Source: Thermoplasmata archaeon
GTDB lineage: Archaea > Thermoplasmatota > Thermoplasmata > Thermoplasmatales > GCA-001856825
Assembly (NCBI GenBank): GCA_049966795.1
Contig: JBMFTY010000003.1
Coordinates: forward strand, 3,447-67,446
Reading direction: 5' to 3'
DNA: 64,000 bases
Within the stretch, counting starts at the first letter, position 1. Each line of letters begins with the position of its first letter. Of this stretch, positions 55,978 to 64,000 are shown one piece after another. The notes beneath the pieces are model-generated. The model did no database searches. It saw only the letters and a program-made list of their open reading frames with translations, and was not told the DNA's origin. The position numbers were made by a program, and so were the translations under genes.

Positions 55978-57072
55978 ATGAAGCTGTATGTTTATGTGAT
56001 AAGAAGATTGATACTTCTTATACCTGTCATTATCGGAGTTACACTGATTACATTTGCTCTTTCGCACGCGAACATCACTCTCCTCATAGACGGGTATCTT
56101 GGAAGGATAAGGACACCACAGCACATTGCAATCGTCAAACAGCAGCTCCACTTAAACCTCCCAGTATATGAGCAGTATTTCTACTACCTGGGAAATCTTT
56201 TCACGGGAAACTGGGGCTATCTGGCTCCAACGGAGGTGTTCGATGCTGGAACTTCCGTATTCCTGGAGTTTCAGAGGAGGTTCCCTCCAACCCTGGAACT
56301 TGCGCTTCTCGCAACATTCCTCGTTTTCCTCATGGGCCTTCCCCTAGGAGTCTTCAGCGCTGTGAAGAAGGACAGGCTCACTGACCAGATCACTAGGGTC
56401 ATCGCGATGCTTGGCGTATCGCTCCCAGTGTTCTGGCTCGGGCTTCTTATTCTCATGGCCGTCGGTCCCAATTCCATCCTTCCCATGCAACTGAGGCTTG
56501 TCGGAGTGGGCCAGATACCTCCCTCTTATTACTATTACCCGCACACGAACATTCTTGAACCATGGGTCAATACGGCCGTCAGTGGACTGACCAGGCCCAC
56601 CGGCTTCCTTCTTGTCGATACTTTGCTATATGGAGACTGGTCCGCCTTCCTTGCCGGGTTGTACACACTGTTCTGGCCATCGCTCACTGTGGCCTTCACG
56701 TCATTCGGCCTCATAGTAAGGTTCCTGAGATCGAGCATGCTTGAAGTGATGAATCAGGACTTCATAAGGACCGCAAGGTCGAAGGGTGTTCCGGAATACT
56801 TTGTCGTGAGGAAGCACGTGAGGAGGAATGCGCTTGGCGCCACCACGACCGTCATGGGCCTCTTCTTCGCCGGCCTGCTCGGTGGCGTTGTTGTGACAGA
56901 GACGGTCTTCGGCTGGCCTGGCATGGGAAGGTGGCTGTTCTATGCGGCGGTGGGAGGGGACATGGTTTCTATAATGGCAACCACTTTTGTGTTCACTATA
57001 GTTATAGTTGTGGCAAACCTGATCGTAGATATCATATACTCCTACCTGGATCCGAGGGTGAGGCTTGAATGA
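55978..57072 (+). CDS. peptide/nickel ABC transporter permease (DppB/OppB type)
   Basis: N-terminal YVIRRLILLIPVIIGVTLITF and the EAA-like loop DFIRTARSKGV. Confidence 0.9.
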   Translation: MKLYVYVIRRLILLIPVIIGVTLITFALSHANITLLIDGYLGRIRTPQHIAIVKQQLHLNLPVYEQYFYYLGNLFTGNWGYLAPTEVFDAGTSVFLEFQRRFPPTLELALLATFLVFLMGLPLGVFSAVKKDRLTDQITRVIAMLGVSLPVFWLGLLILMAVGPNSILPMQLRLVGVGQIPPSYYYYPHTNILEPWVNTAVSGLTRPTGFLLVDTLLYGDWSAFLAGLYTLFWPSLTVAFTSFGLIVRFLRSSMLEVMNQDFIRTARSKGVPEYFVVRKHVRRNALGATTTVMGLFFAGLLGGVVVTETVFGWPGMGRWLFYAAVGGDMVSIMATTFVFTIVIVVANLIVDIIYSYLDPRVRLE

Positions 57073-58004
57073 GCTCAGAAGTTGCCGGTAGTCTATCAAG
57101 GAGCCTGAGAGCCAGATACGAATCATTCAAGAAAACGTTTTTCTTCTTCACAAGAAGCCCGATCGCAACAATCGGTCTTGGCGTGGTGATATTCTATGTC
57201 CTAGTAGCCATATTCGGGCCAATAGCTCTTGGGGGGAACCCGTGGAAGACCACTCAGGTTTTCCAGTACAACGGTATTTACATCTACAACGTCCCACAAC
57301 CCCCATCGCTTCACTTCCCGTTTGGGACAACTTTCGAAGGGTACAACCTTTTCAATGGAGTCGTTAAGGCCGCACGTATCGACATTGGCGTAGCAGCGAT
57401 CGTGGTGTTCAGCGGCGCGCTTATAGGAACGTTGCTCGGAAGCATAGCCGGATACAAGGGAGGGGTTCTCGGGGATGTGATCATGAGGGTCACGGACATC
57501 TTCCTCTCAATACCATTCCTCGTCCTCGCAATAGCCTTCCTTGTGATATTGGGAAGGAGTCTGACCGTAATGGTCGTAGCCCTTATGCTGATATGGTGGC
57601 CCACCTACACAAGGATAGTGAGAGGACAGGTTCTCTCCGTCAGGGAACTGAAATACGTGGAGGCCTCAATTGCCGCCGGTTCATCTTCCTTCAGAACCAT
57701 AGTGAAGCATGTGATCCCTAATTCCATTTACCCAATATTCGTTCAGATTTCCCTGGATTTCGGCAACGTCATATTGACACTGGCTGCGCTCTTTTACCTT
57801 GGTGTGGGCTTTGCCGGATACTACACGCCAGAGTGGGGAAATCTGATAGGTCTAGCTGCCTCACTTGGAGGGGGGCTACCTGCAATAACGCAGTACTGGT
57901 GGACGGTGACCATCCCAGGATTAACAATACTGATTCTCGTTGTGAGCCTCAACCTCCTGGGTGATGGACTCAGGGACGTGATGGACCCCAGGCTGAGGAG
58001 GTAG
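57069..58004 (+). CDS. peptide/nickel ABC transporter permease (DppC/OppC type)
   Basis: BPD-type membrane domain with the YVEASIAAGSS EAA loop. ATGA overlap with the upstream permease. Confidence 0.9.
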   Translation: MSSEVAGSLSRSLRARYESFKKTFFFFTRSPIATIGLGVVIFYVLVAIFGPIALGGNPWKTTQVFQYNGIYIYNVPQPPSLHFPFGTTFEGYNLFNGVVKAARIDIGVAAIVVFSGALIGTLLGSIAGYKGGVLGDVIMRVTDIFLSIPFLVLAIAFLVILGRSLTVMVVALMLIWWPTYTRIVRGQVLSVRELKYVEASIAAGSSSFRTIVKHVIPNSIYPIFVQISLDFGNVILTLAALFYLGVGFAGYYTPEWGNLIGLAASLGGGLPAITQYWWTVTIPGLTILILVVSLNLLGDGLRDVMDPRLRR

Positions 58005-58009
58005 GTCTT

Positions 58010-59443
58010 ATGGAAAATGCACTTGTTGTTAGGAATCTCAAGACTCAGTTCTTCATCTACGAGGGCGTGGTCAAGGCGATTGACGATGTTTCATTTGAGC
58101 TGAGGCAGGGGGAGGTGCTGGGCCTGGTTGGAGAAACGGGTTGCGGGAAGTCCGTCACTGCCTTCAGCATCATGAAACTGATTCCAGATCCTCCGGGGAG
58201 GATAGTGAGCGGAGACGTTTTTCTCGGGAATCTGAACATCATGAAGGATGTCAGCAAGGAAGCAAAGATAATAGAGGGGAAGAGGGTAAGGGTAAAGCAT
58301 TTCTACCGCGTGATGAGGAGGAACGAATACTTCTTCAACAAGATAAGGGGGAAGTACATATCAATGATATTCCAGGAGCCTATGGCCGCGCTGAACCCCG
58401 TTTACACGGTGGAGGACCAGATCGTTGAAACCCTTCTCCTCCACAACAAGACAAGTATGCTGAAGGTTGTAAGGGCGGCATCGGAGCATCTGGACGAATT
58501 GAAGGGCATGCTGGAGAAGGGGGATATAAGCTACAACGGCGACGATGATCTGGGAAGGGAGCTTGCAAGGATAAAAGGGGGAAACGGAGGAAAGGAGTCA
58601 ATAAGGAGGCACCTTGAACTTCTGGTCGAGGAGGCCTCTCACTACATAAGACACAGGGGGAGATACGAATCCATGCTCTCAAGATCCGAAGAACTTGATA
58701 GGCTTGAGGAAAAGCTTCTCTCGAACATAAGCGAGGAGGAGCAGATGGAAATAATAAGGATTCTCTCGAAGGAGGCGAGGAAGGTTAACCTCATAAAGAT
58801 GTCGAAGCAGCTCAAGAGAAAAGTTCATGACCCCCTGCTCCTCGAGGGGAGAAGGGAAGCGCTGTTCCTTCTGGAATCTGTTGAGATACCGAATGCATAC
58901 GGGGTCCTGAAGCTCTATCCCCACGAACTCTCAGGCGGAATGCTTCAGAGGGTGATGATTTCGATAGCGCTTGCAAATAATCCGAGGATTCTGATAGCAG
59001 ATGAGCCCACCACAGCGCTAGATGTGACCGTGCAGGCGCAGATACTCCGCCTCCTCAGGAACCTCCAAGAAAACTTGGGAACTTCGATAATTCTGATCAC
59101 TCATGATTTAGGGGTAATAGCAGAAACATGCAACAGGGTCGCAGTGATGTACGCGGGGAACATAGTTGAGACTGCGTCAGCAGAAGAGCTTTTCAAGAAT
59201 CCTAAGCACCCGTACACCATTGGCCTTCTCCAATCGATACCGAGGGTTGACAACCCCAACAAAGTTCTCAAGTCCATAACGGGGAATGTACCTAACCTCC
59301 TCAACCCTCCGGCGGGATGCAGATTCCATCCCAGGTGCCCATTCGTTTTCGACAGATGCCGTGTGGAAAAGCCGGAGACCATCGAGGTGTCTCCTGGACA
59401 CACGGTGGCCTGTCACCTGTTCTACGGCAAGGGGGTGAACTAG
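58010..59443 (+). CDS. peptide ABC transporter ATP-binding protein (OppD/DppD type) with a large internal insertion
   Basis: Walker A GETGCGKS, Q-loop FQEP, signature LSGGMLQR, Walker B ILIADEP, and the C-terminal oligopeptide domain (HPYT...GCRFHPRC). At 477 aa it is far longer than the roughly 320-330 aa I recall for this type. Confidence 0.9.
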   Translation: MENALVVRNLKTQFFIYEGVVKAIDDVSFELRQGEVLGLVGETGCGKSVTAFSIMKLIPDPPGRIVSGDVFLGNLNIMKDVSKEAKIIEGKRVRVKHFYRVMRRNEYFFNKIRGKYISMIFQEPMAALNPVYTVEDQIVETLLLHNKTSMLKVVRAASEHLDELKGMLEKGDISYNGDDDLGRELARIKGGNGGKESIRRHLELLVEEASHYIRHRGRYESMLSRSEELDRLEEKLLSNISEEEQMEIIRILSKEARKVNLIKMSKQLKRKVHDPLLLEGRREALFLLESVEIPNAYGVLKLYPHELSGGMLQRVMISIALANNPRILIADEPTTALDVTVQAQILRLLRNLQENLGTSIILITHDLGVIAETCNRVAVMYAGNIVETASAEELFKNPKHPYTIGLLQSIPRVDNPNKVLKSITGNVPNLLNPPAGCRFHPRCPFVFDRCRVEKPETIEVSPGHTVACHLFYGKGVN

Positions 59444-59444
59444 A

Positions 59445-60641
59445 GTGAAGGATGTTCTCATTCAAGGAATAGGGATCAGGAAGTACTTCCCCATCAAAGG
59501 AGGGATTTCAGGAAGGACCGTTGGCTACGTCTACGCGGTGGACGACGTGAACGTGAAGATTTACAAGGGAGAAACCGTTGGACTCGTTGGAGAATCGGGG
59601 TGTGGCAAGACCACGCTCGGAAGACTTCTCCTGGACCTTGTGGAACCCACCGCGGGCGTCCTCTTCTTCAAGCCGGACCCGGACCTTAGCAGGAGGGTCG
59701 AGGACCTCTACGCGAGAATCTCCACGAACAAAATCACGGAGATAAAGAGAGAGGAGAAGGAGATCATCAGGCTGGCAAAGAGCAGGGACATCTACAGAAA
59801 CAAGAGACTGAGGAAACAGTTCAGGAAGAAGGTGCAGATAGTGTTCCAGGACCCTGTATCCTCGCTGGATCCGAGGATGCTGGTCAAGGACATCATTGCT
59901 GAACCAATCCTCATAAACGGCCTGCCTTCTGAGGAATTGCAGGAGGAGAAGAGGACAAGGGTTGACAAGAGAAAGGCTGAAGAGTTTGTCCTTAAGACCA
60001 TATATGAAATGGGGCTAAACGAAGACCACATGTTCAGGTTCCCGCACGAATTCAGCGGTGGGCAGAGGCAGAGGATAGCAATAGCGAGATCAATTTCAAT
60101 AAGGCCTGAGTTCCTAGTGCTCGACGAGCCAACCTCCGCTCTTGACGTCTCTGTTCAAGCGCAGATACTCAACCTTCTGAAGGACCTTCAGAAAAGATAT
60201 GGGATGACTTATCTTTTCATCTCACACAACCTCGCCGTCATAAGAGCGGTGAGCGACAGAATAATGGTGATGTACCTCGGAAAAATAGTGGAGGAGGCAA
60301 CCACAGACGACCTCTTCGAATATCCGGTGCATCCCTACACTCAGGCGCTGCTGAGCGCGATACCTATACCTGATCCGACGAGGAAGAGAAACAGAATTGT
60401 GCTAAGCGGGGACGTACCTTCTCCCGCTAACCCTCCCTCCGGATGCAGGTTCCACACCAGGTGCAGGTTTGCCAAGGAAATATGCTCCCAAAAGGAACCA
60501 AGGCTGGAGGAGGTAAGGGAGGGACACATGGTTGCGTGTCATTTCGCGAAGGAGATAGCTGAGTCGGAGAGCCAACTGATTGCGATAAAGAAAGTTGATT
60601 CAGGAGCACTCCAGAATCTCAGCGAAGTGAGGGCAGATTAG
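59445..60641 (+). CDS. peptide ABC transporter ATP-binding protein (OppF/DppF type) with insertion
   Basis: Walker A GESGCGKT, FQDP, FSGGQRQR, LVLDEP, and HPYT...GCRFHTRC. 398 aa. GTG start. Confidence 0.9.
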   Translation: MKDVLIQGIGIRKYFPIKGGISGRTVGYVYAVDDVNVKIYKGETVGLVGESGCGKTTLGRLLLDLVEPTAGVLFFKPDPDLSRRVEDLYARISTNKITEIKREEKEIIRLAKSRDIYRNKRLRKQFRKKVQIVFQDPVSSLDPRMLVKDIIAEPILINGLPSEELQEEKRTRVDKRKAEEFVLKTIYEMGLNEDHMFRFPHEFSGGQRQRIAIARSISIRPEFLVLDEPTSALDVSVQAQILNLLKDLQKRYGMTYLFISHNLAVIRAVSDRIMVMYLGKIVEEATTDDLFEYPVHPYTQALLSAIPIPDPTRKRNRIVLSGDVPSPANPPSGCRFHTRCRFAKEICSQKEPRLEEVREGHMVACHFAKEIAESESQLIAIKKVDSGALQNLSEVRAD

Positions 60642-60665
60642 CTGGAGGGTAGCAAATCCACGTTC

Positions 60666-60938
60666 GTGAAGAAGCTTGAAGGTGAGGAAAGGAAGCGTGC
60701 AATCGAGGAGCCTGGCAAGAGCTGGCGGCAGTGGGCCAGAGAGGATTTGGCCAGATACTGGTACGCAATCCTATGCCTGTTCGTGGACATTGTTTTCTAC
60801 ATACAATTCGTCCAGAATTTCTTCAGATATGGTGGTGAAATGAGCCTGATTTACGTTGTTCTAGCCACGTTTGCCCTGGCACCGATGATATACGTTGAAT
60901 TCCTCATATACAGGAGGCTCTTTCCTGAGAGGTTCTGA
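60666..60938 (+). CDS. hypothetical small two-TM membrane protein
   Basis: 90 aa, a charged N-terminus followed by two hydrophobic helices. It lies in line between the ATPase and binding-protein genes. GTG start. No family recognised. Confidence 0.35.
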   Translation: MKKLEGEERKRAIEEPGKSWRQWAREDLARYWYAILCLFVDIVFYIQFVQNFFRYGGEMSLIYVVLATFALAPMIYVEFLIYRRLFPERF

Positions 60939-61039
60939 CCTCGCTCCTCATTTGGAGAATTATCTTGCGCAGGGCTCTATAATCCGAGGGAAGTGGGAAA
61001 TGTTTAAGTATGGATTTTGTGTAGAGGCTTTGAGGTTTT

Positions 61040-63790
61040 ATGACACAACAAGAAAGTCCACAGCCTACTCCTCCTCAGCCAAAGAGGAGTTCAGCTGCTA
61101 AATGGATAGCAGTTGTTGTGGTTGTGATAATAGTCATCGCAGCAGTAGTAGTTGTGGTGAGCTATCATCCACCTACACCAAAGAAACCAGTACCTACAAC
61201 GCTTGCGCTAACCATAACAACGTCAGGAGTGACAACGCAGGCAGGGACTCCTACAACGTTCACGCCCAACATTCCCTCAACGTTCAAATGGACAAAGATG
61301 GTATGGAACTTCGGTGACGGGACCACGTCCGTCCTCACATCCGGAAACGGTGTGGTGACGCACACATATGGTTCCCCTGGAAGCTATCTCGTCTCAGTGT
61401 ATGCGGTTAACTCAACGTCCACAGCGACAAGCAACGCCTCTCTGCTTCAGATTACTGTGAACCCGCCTTTGACTCCAAATCCAGCGGCAATATACGGCCC
61501 GATTGCCATACAGGCATCGTCCTCCAACGGTAACGCAACCATAAGCGCGGGAGGATGGATAAACCTTACATTCGCAGGTCTCCTCGCAGGGATACCAGTC
61601 ACAGTTGGCTCCCCAGTTCCTGGCGACGTGGCATACACCGTGAAGTCATTCGTCTGGAACATAGACAACGGCTCCAAGATAATCAACGACAACAACACAA
61701 AGAAGCCTGAAACTGTGAACCTGACATTCTCAACGCCTGGACTGCACACTGTGAACCTGACTACAACCACGCAGAGCGGCAGCAGCATCGTTACGGGCTC
61801 TTACGTGCTTACAGTGGCAGTTGGGAACTATACAATAGGTGCTCCGCCTACTGTTTCTGCGGTAAACAAGAATGTCCTTCTGAATGCTGAATATGTTCCT
61901 GGAGGACCCAGGACTCTGGACCCAGCGATAGCTTACGACACGGTTTCATACGAAGTCCTTTATGAGATATACGAGCCCCTTATCTATTACAATGGAACGT
62001 CGCTGACGCAGTATCACCCGGTGGTGGCAAAATACGTGCCGTCCGTGGAGAATGGCATGGTGACGAGCAACTACCTTAACTGGACGTTCTACATCAACAG
62101 CTCCGCAACGTTCTCCAACGGAGACCACGCTACAGCATACGATGTTTACGAATCAATGCTCAGGACTCTTCTCTTCTCCAACGATCCTGGAACGCCCGGA
62201 TGGATCGTTGCACATGCCCTCCTGCCTGCACCCACAATATACGGCCCGTTCAACCTCAGCTTCTACTGGATTCATCACGCTATAACGTGGAACAACACAA
62301 CGAATTCCGTAACGTTCCACCTTCTTCCGTCAACCCCAACCTGGCTGCCTAACACCACCGCAACGTATGCAGGAGTGAGCTATGGGGTTCTGAACCAGTC
62401 ATACCAGGTGCAGAACTTTGGCGCAGCTTCCTACTTCCTCCAGCTTCTTGCGGGGCCTGTAGCTTCATACGTGATGGACTATAAATGGCTCGTCGCAAAC
62501 AACCATACTGCTCCTCAGCCAACCCTCCCACAGAACACAAGCGCATCCTACCAGAATTTTGAGCAGTACGGTGTTGAGGGAAGCTTCAACACGTTCCTTG
62601 AATACAACACCATGGGCAGCGGCCCGTATCAGCTCTCACTGTACGAAGCGGCCCAGCTCGTTGTTCTTACAGTGAACCCGTATTATAACCAGACGAGCTC
62701 ACAGCTTCCTGCCAGGTCCGCCCTCATTCCCAAGGTGGAGCTTGAGTACCTGACGAACGAGGCCACGGCACAGCAGGATCTTGCATCTGGAACCGCGCAA
62801 TTTGCTGCCGGTGCATATCCGCCTGATGCCACTCCTCAGGCTCTCGCACTCATAAAGAAGGGTGTCATTGCAGCGGCAACAGCTTCCGAGATGTCCGTCT
62901 TCTTCTGGGCATTCAACATGAACATAAATGTCAGTGGGGCAAAGCAATACGATTCCTCGATAAACATATGGCCCGGATTCTTCGATAATCTGAGCATAAG
63001 GAAGGCGTTCAGCTATGCCTTCAACTACAGCTATTACATCAACGTGGCAGAGTACAGCTCTGGGGAATACTTCATGAACCAGATAACGGGCATCCTGCCG
63101 CAGGGCATACAGTACTATCCATCCGATATATCGCAATATGCGATAAACTACAATCTTACCTTAGCAAGGTTCTACTACAACCAGTCGGGATACAGCAACG
63201 GAACATGGAACTTCCCCGCATTCAATTCCCAGGGCCAGCCACCACAGGATGAAATGTACTCAGTCTGGGAGCACGCGCTTTCAGTGATGAGCGGCGGGAA
63301 GATACAGATGCAGACCGTTGATATACCTTTCTCATATACCGTGGAGTACACCACAGTGGGACCGGGAGATAACCTGATGCCTATATACTTCCTCGGCTGG
63401 ATAGACGACTATCCTAACCCGACTGACTTCGTGGCACCAATGCTCCAGGAATACGGTATCTACACGTATCCTGATGGCATCTTCTACAACAGCACGGTGA
63501 CAACGTTCAGCCCGGTTGTGCATCCCCAGTATGCAGCCCAGTGGCAGAACATAACCGAGATGTGGAATCTGCTCCAGCAGGCAAATGAGGTAACGAATGC
63601 AACACAAATAACGCAGCTCTACTTTGAGGCTGAGAAGATTGCCGCCGAGCTGTGCATATACGTTGGTACCGCGCAGCCCATAGGAATCCTATACTACAGC
63701 ACTGCCCTGAATCCAGCTGGCTTAACGCCGACGCTCAACACAGCAGTGGGAACTTCGTTCATAATATACTACTCGCTCACCTACAAGTGA
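61040..63790 (+). CDS. membrane-anchored ABC substrate-binding protein (family 5, peptide/nickel type) with N-terminal PKD-like domain
   Basis: TM anchor WIAVVVVVIIVIAAVVVVV and a Thr/Pro-rich linker. The PKD signature is WNFGDGT...HTY..PG.Y.V...A.N. An SBP_bac_5-like body of about 600 aa follows (LDPA.AYD..S.....IYE.L). Confidence 0.85.
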   Translation: MTQQESPQPTPPQPKRSSAAKWIAVVVVVIIVIAAVVVVVSYHPPTPKKPVPTTLALTITTSGVTTQAGTPTTFTPNIPSTFKWTKMVWNFGDGTTSVLTSGNGVVTHTYGSPGSYLVSVYAVNSTSTATSNASLLQITVNPPLTPNPAAIYGPIAIQASSSNGNATISAGGWINLTFAGLLAGIPVTVGSPVPGDVAYTVKSFVWNIDNGSKIINDNNTKKPETVNLTFSTPGLHTVNLTTTTQSGSSIVTGSYVLTVAVGNYTIGAPPTVSAVNKNVLLNAEYVPGGPRTLDPAIAYDTVSYEVLYEIYEPLIYYNGTSLTQYHPVVAKYVPSVENGMVTSNYLNWTFYINSSATFSNGDHATAYDVYESMLRTLLFSNDPGTPGWIVAHALLPAPTIYGPFNLSFYWIHHAITWNNTTNSVTFHLLPSTPTWLPNTTATYAGVSYGVLNQSYQVQNFGAASYFLQLLAGPVASYVMDYKWLVANNHTAPQPTLPQNTSASYQNFEQYGVEGSFNTFLEYNTMGSGPYQLSLYEAAQLVVLTVNPYYNQTSSQLPARSALIPKVELEYLTNEATAQQDLASGTAQFAAGAYPPDATPQALALIKKGVIAAATASEMSVFFWAFNMNINVSGAKQYDSSINIWPGFFDNLSIRKAFSYAFNYSYYINVAEYSSGEYFMNQITGILPQGIQYYPSDISQYAINYNLTLARFYYNQSGYSNGTWNFPAFNSQGQPPQDEMYSVWEHALSVMSGGKIQMQTVDIPFSYTVEYTTVGPGDNLMPIYFLGWIDDYPNPTDFVAPMLQEYGIYTYPDGIFYNSTVTTFSPVVHPQYAAQWQNITEMWNLLQQANEVTNATQITQLYFEAEKIAAELCIYVGTAQPIGILYYSTALNPAGLTPTLNTAVGTSFIIYYSLTYK

Positions 63791-63798
63791 GCGGGTCC

Positions 63799-63822
63799 TT
63801 TGATTTTTTTATTTTATTATTC
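63799..63822 (+). terminator. T-rich putative archaeal terminator between convergent genes
   Basis: TTTGATTTTTTTATTTTATTATT follows the binding-protein stop almost directly and includes a T7 run at 63804-63810. Confidence 0.4.
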
Positions 63823-63824
63823 TC

Positions 63825-64000
63825 TTATTCTCCCCAGATGTCCCTTTTGATGTCCTGATCCTTAAAGCCTTCCGCCATGAATTCCGCCACAAGGTCCTTC
63901 ACGAATTTTATTCCACCGCACAGATATACCGTCCTTCCCTTGAAATCGGGGACATGCCTCTTTATCATATCAATATTTATCCTCCCGTGTTCCCCCTTCC
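63825..64000 (-). CDS. FAD/NAD(P)-binding oxidoreductase (ferredoxin-reductase-like), C-terminal fragment only
   Basis: Hand translation of the minus strand gives ...GRINIDMIKRHVPDFKGRTVYLCGGIKFVKDLVAEFMAEGFKDQDIKRDIWGE*. This resembles the NAD-binding C-terminus of FNR-like reductases. The 5' part lies outside the window. Confidence 0.45.
   Translation of the reverse strand, partial: KGEHGRINIDMIKRHVPDFKGRTVYLCGGIKFVKDLVAEFMAEGFKDQDIKRDIWGE

Overview
This is a gene-dense archaeal chromosomal window with about 70 protein genes, many overlapping by 1-50 nt. I recognised no rRNA, tRNA, CRISPR array or transposase by eye. Archaeal identity rests on hallmark genes: sn-glycerol-1-phosphate dehydrogenase, exosome Rrp4/41/42, proteasome alpha, Pus10, RpoF/RpoP, archaeal riboflavin synthase, RibL and phosphopantothenate synthetase. 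A Thermoplasmata-like euryarchaeon is only a low-confidence inference. The minus strand from 12.6 to 21.1 kb carries one long information-processing cluster: KsgA, DUF655, RpoF, L21e, Pus10, RpoP, L37Ae, Rrp42, Rrp41, Rrp4, SBDS, PsmA, diphthine synthase and a phosphoesterase. Other content includes TrpRS and ValRS, riboflavin/FAD genes (ribD-type reductase, ribB-ribC-ribH, ribL), and a UDP-sulfoquinovose synthase glycan cluster. There is also a Hef-like helicase, a family-5 UDG, malic enzyme, two inverted TSUP/DUF1634 transporter pairs, and a divergent AsnC-type regulator/AsnA-like pair. A six-gene Opp/Dpp-type peptide ABC transporter ends the window, and its binding protein is membrane-anchored and sequon-rich. 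The best candidate for an undescribed system is a translationally coupled three-gene module at 39.3-41.9 kb. It encodes an orphan helical protein, an SPFH/Band-7 protein with three C-terminal zinc ribbons, and a double-zinc-ribbon protein. Other points of interest are the adjacent decayed metY and metX genes, large insertions in both ABC ATPases, a ValRS with a degenerate KMSKS loop, and a DUF1634 gene with no usable start codon behind a poly-Glu-encoding tract. All functional calls come from motif and family recognition by eye; no database search was possible.
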